Shown here in pieces: positions 1 to 7,473 of a stretch of DNA of 27,028 bases (position 1 is its first letter; every line of letters starts with the position of its first letter). Source of the stretch: a virus (taxonomy: Duplodnaviria > Caudoviricetes); IMG/VR virus record IMGVR_UViG_3300025675_000019, positions 1-27,028 of that record. One strand, written 5' to 3'. The position numbers were made by a program, and so were the translations under genes. The notes beneath the pieces were generated by a model. It saw only the letters and a list, made by a program, of their open reading frames with translations, made no database searches and was not told the DNA's origin.

Positions 1-26
1 GCAACAAATCCAAGGCGTGCATCCAT
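1..26 (-). CDS. Possible 5' start of a host gene running out of the window (MDARLGFV...)
   Basis: Minus-strand ATG at 26-24 preceded by GGAGAGAGA (complement of 35-43); only 8 codons visible. Confidence 0.3.
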
Positions 27-125
27 GGTGCAGGTCTCTCTCCAAGGCATCGGCAAGTCCCCCTCGCCAGCCAGTTTGACCTGTTACCCATGTTCCCGGT
101 CCAAAACGTCACCCATCTTGCCGGT

Positions 126-305
126 TGTTAGGTGACACATGGTTCTGCACTTGGCGGGATTATCCGGGATCTGGCGGGAGTGGGCGGGAACCCGTTGGCC
201 CGTAAGGGATCGGGGCGGATCGGGGCCAGGTGCGCGGGCGGCGGATGGTTTTGCACTCGGAGCGCCTGGCCGGCAATCTCGACACATGATGCTGCACTCG
301 CCGGG
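126..305 (+). repeat. Putative left end (attL) with three transposase-binding repeats
   Basis: TGTTAGG at 126; GACACATGGTTCTGCACTTGGCGGG (134-158), ATGGTTTTGCACTCGG (245-260), GACACATGATGCTGCACTCGCCGGG (281-305). Confidence 0.7.
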
Positions 306-369
306 GCGCGTCGAGGGCGGTTCGTGAGAGGCCTCTTAGAGCGGAGCGAGCGACCTCTTAGGGGCGTTT

Positions 370-1098
370 TCATCGGAGCGTCCTCGCATACCAGCGCACG
401 CGGCCGATGATGCGGACCTGATCCGCCGCGGCGGCGTCGATGCGGCGGGGCGGGTAGCGCTGGCCCGCGTCGGAGGTGACTAGGAGCGCGCCGTCGAAGT
501 CGCGGTCGAGGCGCTTGACGATGGCCTCTCCCGACCAGTTCAAGACGTAGAGGCCGCCGCCCGCCGGCTCGACGTCGGCGGTGTCGACCAGCACGACGTC
601 GCCCTCCGAGAGCGTCGGCTCCATGCTGTCCCCCTTCACGCGCAACACGTGCGCCCGCTTGGGGTTGACGCCGATCCGACGCATCCACTCACCGCGGAAC
701 GCCACCTGGCTCTCGGCCTCGAGGTCGTTCACGTCGAGCATTGCCCCACCGCCCGCGCTCACGGCCTCGGGTAGGACCGGCACCATCACGAACTCGGCAG
801 CTGAGACGGAGATGGTCGCCAAGCCTGCCGCCTCATCCCCGGTGACGACCCAATCCACCGGCCGGCCGAGCGCACGAGCAATCGCGACCATCGTGCTGAA
901 GCGGGGCTCGCGCTCCCCCTTCAGAGCCTCGTTGAGAGTGCTGAGCGCGATGCCTGCCCGATGAGCGAGATCTCGCCTGGAGCCGATCGATTTCCTCGCC
1001 TCCTCAATCCGCCGGATGCTTTCGGGGTTAAGGCCGCGAACCCCGAAATTCGCAGCGGGCTCCGTCTCTCGATTTCGTAGTTTCGTTTCTGTAGGCAT
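370..1098 (-). CDS. CI/LexA-type repressor (XRE HTH + S24 peptidase)
   Basis: HTH RRDLAHRAGIALSTLNEALKGEREP; AG cleavage context (VSAGGG); catalytic motifs GDSMEP and IVKRL; divergent from ner. Confidence 0.92.
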   Translation of the reverse strand: MPTETKLRNRETEPAANFGVRGLNPESIRRIEEARKSIGSRRDLAHRAGIALSTLNEALKGEREPRFSTMVAIARALGRPVDWVVTGDEAAGLATISVSAAEFVMVPVLPEAVSAGGGAMLDVNDLEAESQVAFRGEWMRRIGVNPKRAHVLRVKGDSMEPTLSEGDVVLVDTADVEPAGGGLYVLNWSGEAIVKRLDRDFDGALLVTSDAGQRYPPRRIDAAAADQVRIIGRVRWYARTLR

Positions 1099-1186
1099 TT
1101 CAACACCTTAGCGAAAAGTCGCTCGATAAGAGCGAGATCCGAACTATGAAGCGATTTTTCGCCTTGCAGAGTGATCGAGATCTCGT
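965..1186. promoter_or_regulatory. Putative operator cluster GCGA-N4-TCGC
   Basis: GCGAGATCTCGC 965-976, AGCGAAAAGTCGCT 1110-1123, GCGATTTTTCGC 1151-1162, CGAGATCTCG 1176-1185. Confidence 0.6.
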
Positions 1187-1191
1187 ATTAT
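1164..1191 (+). promoter_or_regulatory. Putative early promoter (sigma70-like)
   Basis: TTGCAG (1164-1169), 16 bp, TATTAT (1186-1191) in the AT-richer repressor-ner intergenic region. Confidence 0.55.
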
Positions 1192-1263
1192 CGACTCCCG
1201 AACGTGATGATTTGCACCCCGAATAACCCCCGCGCTGGCACGCGGGGGTCACAGAGGAACCCG

Positions 1264-1587
1264 ATGGGCGCGACGAGCAAGGCCGCTCCTGTGGCCGACA
1301 TGCACCCCGAGCAGGTGAAGGCGGCCGTCCGCATGACGGGCGTCACCCTCACCGAGCTGGCGGAGCGCAACGGCTACAGCGAGAGCGCCGCGCGACGTGC
1401 GCTTCGCCATCCGTGGCCTTCGGTCGAGGCGATCATCGCCAAGCAGATCAAGAAGAAGCCGCAAGAGGTGTGGCCTTCTCGATACAACCCGGACGGATCG
1501 CCCCGCTCTCGTGCGTCCACTACCGACCGTAAGCGCGGCCGCCGTCCCCGTCACCGTCAAATCGAAGCGAGCGTGCTGACATCATGA
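1264..1587 (+). CDS. ner: Ner/Nlp-family DNA-binding protein
   Basis: MHPEQVKAAVRMTGVTLTELA...EAIIAKQIKKKPQEVWPSRY signature; GAGGA SD before ATG 1264. Confidence 0.88.
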   Translation: MGATSKAAPVADMHPEQVKAAVRMTGVTLTELAERNGYSESAARRALRHPWPSVEAIIAKQIKKKPQEVWPSRYNPDGSPRSRASTTDRKRGRRPRHRQIEASVLTS

Positions 1588-2555
1588 GCCGCAAGAAGAC
1601 CATCGCCACCACTGAGAGTGTCAACGCCGCAACGGAAGGCGCGGACACCAGCCCTGATGCCGCGTCCCGCGCGCATCCGAAGCCGGTGCTTTCCGATCAG
1701 CTCATCGCCCGCGGGCGCATTCATCTCGGTGAGCGGCTGCGCGCCGTCGACGCGGATCACGCGCTCTTCACCGGCGAGAGCATGCGCGATCAGGGGCAGC
1801 TGCAGCCGATCGCGGTGCGCCCGCACCCCGAGAAACCAGACGACTTCATCCTGATCTTCGGCGCCCACCGCTTCGTTGGAGCCGGGCTCGTCGACATCTG
1901 GCTGCTGCGGACGGACATCTACGATGTCGATGCCGCCCAGGCGCGGCTCATGGAGATCGATGAGAACCTCGTCGATTTCGCGCTGACGGAACTCGACCGT
2001 GCCGCGTTCCTGGCCGAGCGCAAGCGGGTCTGGGAGGAGATGTACCCCCAGACCAAGCATGGCGGCGATCGCTCGCAGCAAGTCGACAGGCCTGTCGACT
2101 TGCCCTCCCGCTTCACGGCGGAGACGGCCGAGCGGATCGGCGTCTCGGAGCGCACGATCCAGCGCTCCGTCAAACGGCACAACGCGATCGACGCCGGCGT
2201 GCGGACGCGCATCAGCTCCACCTGGCTCGCGCGAAACGGCGGGCAGCTCGATGCGCTCGCGAAGGTGGACCGGTTCCAGCAGAGCGGCGTCGTCGAGCTG
2301 ATGCTGTCCGGCGCGGCCGATGCGCCGAAGACGGTGGCCGAGGCGCTGGCGCGGATGAGCAACCGCCCCGCGCCCGTGAAGAACGAACGGGACGAGCAGG
2401 GCAAGGCGCTGCTCAAGGCCTGGAAGAACGCGGGGGCGGGAGCGCGCGAGGACTTCCTCGCGTTCCTCGAGGGCGAGGGGCTCGTCACGAAGACGGGCTA
2501 CGTGCCCGAGCCCGGCACGATCGCCGAGAAGATCATGCGCGAAGGCCGCCTCTGA
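1584..2555 (+). CDS. ParB N-terminal domain protein with HTH
   Basis: GQLQPIAVR...LIFGAHR...MEIDENL ParB-like motifs; HTH TAERIGVSERTIQR; ATGA overlap with ner. Confidence 0.85.
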   Translation: MSRKKTIATTESVNAATEGADTSPDAASRAHPKPVLSDQLIARGRIHLGERLRAVDADHALFTGESMRDQGQLQPIAVRPHPEKPDDFILIFGAHRFVGAGLVDIWLLRTDIYDVDAAQARLMEIDENLVDFALTELDRAAFLAERKRVWEEMYPQTKHGGDRSQQVDRPVDLPSRFTAETAERIGVSERTIQRSVKRHNAIDAGVRTRISSTWLARNGGQLDALAKVDRFQQSGVVELMLSGAADAPKTVAEALARMSNRPAPVKNERDEQGKALLKAWKNAGAGAREDFLAFLEGEGLVTKTGYVPEPGTIAEKIMREGRL

Positions 2556-3025
2556 TGCTGCCACGCCCGCGCCAGTCCTGCCCCCATACCGGCGACTTGC
2601 TCTCTTGGGAGCCGCCGCAGCCCGTGAAGGCCTTCCCGCCGGAGCGGGTGCGGGCGGCGTCGCTTCCGGCGACGTTCTCGCGGGCGATCGGCGAGGCGCT
2701 GAGGGACGATGGGCGCAGCCGCGCAGAGGTGGCGGCCGACATGTCGGCGTTCCTCGGCGAGAGCGTCACCGAGAACATGCTCGACAAGTATGCGAGCGAG
2801 GCGGCCGAGAGCCACGTGCCGAGCATCGTGCGGTTCCTCGCGATCGTACATGCGACCCGCGATGCGCGCCTCCTGCAGATCCTCGCCGACGCCGTGGGGC
2901 TCGCCGTGATCGACAAGGCATACCTGCCGTACATCGATCTCGCGCTCGGGATGGAGCGGGAGCGCGAGGTGAAGGCGTTCCTCGACGCAGCGCGGGACCG
3001 CATCAAGCGTGGGGGCGCGCGATGA
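2555..3025 (+). CDS. Putative phage DNA-binding/regulatory protein
   Basis: Coupled to both neighbours; RSRAEVAADMS...VTENMLDKYASEA resembles proteins preceding transposase in alphaproteobacterial Mu-like prophages. Confidence 0.7.
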   Translation: MLPRPRQSCPHTGDLLSWEPPQPVKAFPPERVRAASLPATFSRAIGEALRDDGRSRAEVAADMSAFLGESVTENMLDKYASEAAESHVPSIVRFLAIVHATRDARLLQILADAVGLAVIDKAYLPYIDLALGMEREREVKAFLDAARDRIKRGGAR

Positions 3026-5016
3026 GCGAGCGGCGCTTCTACACGCCCGCCGACCTGGCCGCGATGGGCCTGCCGGACATGCCGGCAACGGATCGCGCCA
3101 TCCAGCTCATGGCCGACCGCGGCGGCTGGCGTCGCCCCGACGCCGAGTTTCCGCATCACCCAAACGGCTTCTGGCGCAAGCGCGCCGGCCGCGGCGGCGG
3201 GTTCGAGTACACCTCCGACGTCCTGCCGATGCGCCCGCGGCTCGCGCTGATCCACCGCGAGCAGCGCGCCGCGACGCCCACGCCCACACCGCGCGACGCG
3301 CTCAAGGACGATCTGCGCATCAGCTCGATGTGGACCCACTACAACGGGCTCAGTAACCGGCTCAAGGCCAAGGCCAGGGCGGCCCTGGAGGCGCTGGCCG
3401 CGGCCGAGGATCTGGCCGCGTCGGGCACGGATCGTACGTCGGCCTACATGCTGGCGGCGACTGGGGCAGGCGTGTCGGTGCGCACCCTCTACAACTGGCG
3501 CGACCAGGTGGGGAGCACCCCGCGACAGCATTGGCTTGCGGCGCTCGCGCCCAGGTACTCGGGCCGCAAGACGGAGGCGGACTGCTCGCCCGAGGCGCTC
3601 GCCTTCATCAAGGCGGATTATCTGCGCCGCGAAAAGCCGAACTTCTCGGACTGCTACCGGCGGCTCGCCCGGGCGGCGGCCGAGCACGAGTGGACGATCC
3701 CCTCCGAGCGCACGCTGCAGCGGCGGATCGAGAAGCTCAGCGAGGCGCAGAAGGTGCTCGCCCGCGACGGGGCGGAGGCGCTGGCGCGGCTCTACCCGGC
3801 GCAGGAGCGCGACAAGTCCACGCTCCACGCGCTCGAATGCGTCAACGCCGACGGCCACAAGTTCGACGTCTTCGTCGCCTGGCCGGGCGAGAAGACGCCG
3901 GTGCGTCCGATGCTCGTCGCCTTCCAGGACGTGCACTCGGGCATGATCGTTTCCTGGCGGCTCGACCGCGCGGAGACCGCGCACGCCGTCCTCCTGGCCT
4001 TCGGCGATCTGGTAGAGACCTGGGGCATCCCGGAGCAAGCCGTCCTCGACAACGGCCGGAGCTTCGCGAGCAAATGGCTCTCGGGCGGCGTCGGGAACCG
4101 CTACCGCTTCAAGGTCAAGGCCGACGAGCCGGACGGCGTGATGACGACGATGGGCGTCCAGATCCACTGGGCGACGCCGTATCACGGCCAGTCGAAGCCT
4201 ATCGAGCGCGCCTTCAAGGACATGGCGCAGTCGATCGCCAAGGATCCGCGCTTCGCGGGCGCGTACACCGGAAACAAGGTCGACGCGAAGCCCGAGAACT
4301 ACGGCTCGAAGGCCGTGCCGCTCGACCTGTTCGAGCGGGTCGTGGCGGAGGGGATCGCGGAGCACAACACCCGCGTCGGCCGCCGCTCCAGCATCTGCAA
4401 CGGGCAGAGCTTCGAGCAGGTCTTCCTGGCCTCCTACCAGGCGTCCCTGATCCGCAGGGCGAGCGTCGAGCAGCGGCAGCTGTGGCTGCTCGCGGCCGAG
4501 GGCGTGTCCGTCCGCAAGCAGGACGGGACGATCCACCTCTTCGGGAACCGCTACTGGACGGACGCGCTCACGGACCTGCGCTCGACGAAGGTCGTGGCGC
4601 GCTTCGACCCGGACGCGCTCGCCGACGGCGTGCACGTCTACCGGCTCGACGGGACCTATGTGGCGCACGCCGAGTGCATCGAAGCCGCGGGCTTCCTGGA
4701 CGTGACGGCCGCGCGCACGCACGCGGCCGCGCGCAAGGCCTGGCTGAAGGCGGAGAAGGCGAAGCTCGAGGCGGAGCTGACGATGTCGCTCGGCCGGATC
4801 ACCAGCCTGATGCCGTCCGGTCCGAAGCCGGCCGAGGCGCCCGAGACGAAGGTCGTGCGGCCCGTCTTTCGGCGCGGTGGCGGCGGCGGATCTCTGGCTG
4901 CGGCGGTCGCCCAGCAGGAGGAGTTCGAGCGCTCTCAGAGCGAGACGCTCGCGCAGCTCGGACGGGGGCTGCATGCGCTGCGCCTCGTCCAGAACGACGA
5001 CGACGCGGCCGGGTGA
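3022..5016 (+). CDS. MuA-like DDE transposase
   Basis: N-terminal Mu-type HTH (YTPADLAAMGLPDMP...RAGRGGGFEY); DDE motifs NADGH, LDNGR, KPIERAF; C-terminal VARFDPDAL; ATG 3022 overlaps upstream stop. Confidence 0.95.
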   Translation: MSERRFYTPADLAAMGLPDMPATDRAIQLMADRGGWRRPDAEFPHHPNGFWRKRAGRGGGFEYTSDVLPMRPRLALIHREQRAATPTPTPRDALKDDLRISSMWTHYNGLSNRLKAKARAALEALAAAEDLAASGTDRTSAYMLAATGAGVSVRTLYNWRDQVGSTPRQHWLAALAPRYSGRKTEADCSPEALAFIKADYLRREKPNFSDCYRRLARAAAEHEWTIPSERTLQRRIEKLSEAQKVLARDGAEALARLYPAQERDKSTLHALECVNADGHKFDVFVAWPGEKTPVRPMLVAFQDVHSGMIVSWRLDRAETAHAVLLAFGDLVETWGIPEQAVLDNGRSFASKWLSGGVGNRYRFKVKADEPDGVMTTMGVQIHWATPYHGQSKPIERAFKDMAQSIAKDPRFAGAYTGNKVDAKPENYGSKAVPLDLFERVVAEGIAEHNTRVGRRSSICNGQSFEQVFLASYQASLIRRASVEQRQLWLLAAEGVSVRKQDGTIHLFGNRYWTDALTDLRSTKVVARFDPDALADGVHVYRLDGTYVAHAECIEAAGFLDVTAARTHAAARKAWLKAEKAKLEAELTMSLGRITSLMPSGPKPAEAPETKVVRPVFRRGGGGGSLAAAVAQQEEFERSQSETLAQLGRGLHALRLVQNDDDAAG

Positions 5017-5067
5017 GGCCGGCCGCGTCGTCAGGAACAACACCAACATGAACGGGGCACTTCTACC

Positions 5068-6033
5068 ATGAACGTACACGCACAGGAAGACTTCTCGAGC
5101 GCCGAGCAGATCGAGGCTCTGCGCGAGGATCTGCGCCAGCTGATGGCGCGCGAGGGCCTGACCCAGGCCGACATCGCCAAGGGGGCGGACATCCCCTACG
5201 GCACGTTCACGCCCTGGATGACGGGGAAGTACCAAGGCAACAACGCGGCGATCGCCGCCAAGGTCCAGCGCTGGCTGATCGCCCGGGAAGAGGGCCGAAA
5301 GGTCGGCGTCGGGCTGCCGAAAGAGCCCGGCTTCGTCGAGACCGTCACGGCGCGCGAGGTGCTCAACGCCCTGCAGTGGGCGGCCCAGATGCCCGGCATC
5401 GCGGTCATCACGCTCGGGCCGGGCATGTCGAAGACGAGCGCGGCGAAGGAGTTCGAGCGGCGCACGCCGCACGCGTACCGCGTCGTCATGCGGCCGTCGA
5501 CCGGGAGCGTGCACTCCATGGTGCACGAGATCGCGCAGGTGCTGCAGGTCTCGGAGCGCAACCCCTCCCGCATCGTCCGCGCGATCGGCGAGAAGGTCCA
5601 GCGCAACGGGCGTCATCCGCTGATCATCGTCGACGAGGCGCAGAACCTGAAGGATGCCGCGGTCGACGAGCTGCGGCACCTGCTCGACGAGTTCGGCTGC
5701 GGCATCGCGCTGCTCGGCAACGAGGACGTCTCGACCCGCTGGGGGCGCGCCAGCCCCAAAGACGGATACGGCCAGCTGCATCGCCGGATCGGGCTGCGCA
5801 TCCGCCGCCTGAAGCCGCTGCCGGAGGACGTCGATGCGTTCCTCGCAGCCTGGCGGATCGAGGACGAGGCGATGCTCAAGTTCCTGCGCATGATCGGCAA
5901 CAAGCCGGGTGCGCTCGGGCAGATCGCCGAGACGATCAAGTTCGGCTCGCTGCTCGCCACCGGCGAGAAGCGCTCCCTCACGGTCGACGACCTCAAGGGC
6001 GCCTGGGCGAACCGCTCCGAGGAGGCACGCTGA
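5068..6033 (+). CDS. MuB-like AAA+ transposition ATPase
   Basis: N-terminal HTH, Walker A GPGMSKT, Walker B LIIVDEAQ, QLHRRIG; directly after transposase. Confidence 0.92.
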   Translation: MNVHAQEDFSSAEQIEALREDLRQLMAREGLTQADIAKGADIPYGTFTPWMTGKYQGNNAAIAAKVQRWLIAREEGRKVGVGLPKEPGFVETVTAREVLNALQWAAQMPGIAVITLGPGMSKTSAAKEFERRTPHAYRVVMRPSTGSVHSMVHEIAQVLQVSERNPSRIVRAIGEKVQRNGRHPLIIVDEAQNLKDAAVDELRHLLDEFGCGIALLGNEDVSTRWGRASPKDGYGQLHRRIGLRIRRLKPLPEDVDAFLAAWRIEDEAMLKFLRMIGNKPGALGQIAETIKFGSLLATGEKRSLTVDDLKGAWANRSEEAR

Positions 6034-6287
6034 TGCTCTCCCGAGACCTTCGCGCCCTGGCCGCCTGGTTCGGCCCCGTCGCCGCCGGCGACTTCGAGAT
6101 GACGGCGGAGGGCGCTCGCGCCTTCATGGCCAACCTGAACCGTGCCGTCGAAGACGCCGAGGCGCTCGAGCAGGCGTCCGTCGCGCCCGACCTGCGCCGG
6201 CGCGCGATCGCCGGCGGGAACGTCGTCGCCTTCCGTCCGCGCTCGCCCGCCTCGGCCCGGGGCTCGACCGGAGGCGACGCGGCATGA
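6033..6287 (+). CDS. Hypothetical protein (MLSRDLRALAAW...)
   Basis: GGAGG SD, TGATG coupling to B, ATGA coupling downstream. Confidence 0.7.
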   Translation: MLSRDLRALAAWFGPVAAGDFEMTAEGARAFMANLNRAVEDAEALEQASVAPDLRRRAIAGGNVVAFRPRSPASARGSTGGDAA

Positions 6288-6556
6288 GGACCGTCTTCGT
6301 CGCCGGGCTCGACGGCACCAAGCCCTACCTCGACATCGGTGAGGCGCACCTCGACGACGGGTCGCGGCAGCGCCTCCTCAGGACGCTGGGCGGGGACCTG
6401 AAGCTCGCGCCCTCCTTCCTGGTCCGCGAGGACCGCGAGGAGGCGCGCCGGGTGTTCCGCCAGGTGCGGGCCTTCCGCGCCCGCGGCGGGAGCGGCCTGA
6501 CGTTCCACCAGGCCGCGGCGCGGCTCGCGACCTCGATCGGGGGGCGGGCATCATGA
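6284..6556 (+). CDS. Hypothetical protein (MRTVFVAG...)
   Basis: GGAGG SD and ATGA overlaps at both ends. Confidence 0.65.
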   Translation: MRTVFVAGLDGTKPYLDIGEAHLDDGSRQRLLRTLGGDLKLAPSFLVREDREEARRVFRQVRAFRARGGSGLTFHQAAARLATSIGGRAS

Positions 6557-6786
6557 GCAACCCCGGCATCCGGCCCCATGCCTTGTCCGACGCGACCGTG
6601 ACGGCCGAGCGCATCAGCTACGGCGGCAGCCGGGCCGCCACCATGGTGAGCATCGACGAGACCCGCGAACTCGCCGCCGCCTTCCTCCTCCTCGTCCACA
6701 TGTGCGGCGGGATCGAGAAGGTCGAGAGCGGGCTTCGCGAGGCCGGCGTCATCCAGACACAGACCGAAGAGGGACCCCAATCATGA
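6553..6786 (+). CDS. Hypothetical protein
   Basis: ATGA overlaps at both ends within the early operon. Confidence 0.65.
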   Translation: MSNPGIRPHALSDATVTAERISYGGSRAATMVSIDETRELAAAFLLLVHMCGGIEKVESGLREAGVIQTQTEEGPQS

Positions 6787-7463
6787 ACGCGATCGACCCC
6801 GAGACCACCCACCGCTACCGCACCATGGCGATCGAGGTGGGCGGCAAGCCGTACCTCCACGACGTCAAGGGCAACCTCGTCCCGCTCGAGACGATCGGCG
6901 CGGCCGACCTGCTCGAGGACGAGATGGTGCGCAAGATCATCGGCTTCGCCGAGGACCTCTCCGCCCAGATCGGCCGCTTCAAGGGCCACACATTCGAGGA
7001 CATCGGGTCGCTGATGGCGCTCCTCGACCAGGAGTACGGCGTCAAGCGCGGCGGCCGGAAGGGCAACGTCGCCTTCACCTCCTTCGACGGGTGCCTGAAG
7101 GTCACGCTGCAGGTGGCGGACCAGCTCCATATCGGGCCGGAGATCCAAGCCGCGAAGGCGTTGATCGACGAGTGCCTGCGCGAGTGGTCGACGGACAGCC
7201 GCGCCGAGCTGCGCGCGCTCGTCGACCGCGTGTTCAGCGTCGACCGGGAAGGCACGATCAACCGCGCCGAGCTGTTCATGCTGCTCCGGCTCGACATCGC
7301 GGACGAGCGCTGGCAGCGCGCCATGCAGGCGATCCGCGACGCGATCCGCGTCGTCGGCTCGAAGGAGTACCTGCGCTTCTACCGCCGGTCCGAGCCCACC
7401 GCCCAGTGGGAGCCCATCGTCATCGACATCGCCTCGGCGCGCGCGCCGACGGCGGCGGCTTGA
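6783..7463 (+). CDS. DUF3164-family protein
   Basis: YGVKRGGRKGNVAFTSFDG...AAKALIDECL...WQRAMQAIRDA...SKEYLRFY, typical of the Mu-like early region. Confidence 0.88.
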   Translation: MNAIDPETTHRYRTMAIEVGGKPYLHDVKGNLVPLETIGAADLLEDEMVRKIIGFAEDLSAQIGRFKGHTFEDIGSLMALLDQEYGVKRGGRKGNVAFTSFDGCLKVTLQVADQLHIGPEIQAAKALIDECLREWSTDSRAELRALVDRVFSVDREGTINRAELFMLLRLDIADERWQRAMQAIRDAIRVVGSKEYLRFYRRSEPTAQWEPIVIDIASARAPTAAA

Positions 7464-7473
7464 GGAGGGGACG

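Noticed and set aside
84-410. Short ORFs across the left end
   Set aside because: They overlap the end repeats and junction, lack SD or coding-like composition
1206-1220. GATGATTTGCACCCC resembling the end-binding repeat near the early promoter
   Set aside because: Needs a gap and several mismatches; too weak without a position weight matrix
2533-5781. 1082-aa minus-strand ORF, and similar ones at 14158-15765, 16554-18044 and 19979-21730
   Set aside because: Antisense shadows of real genes; high GC3 codon bias removes stops in the mirror frame; no recognisable motifs
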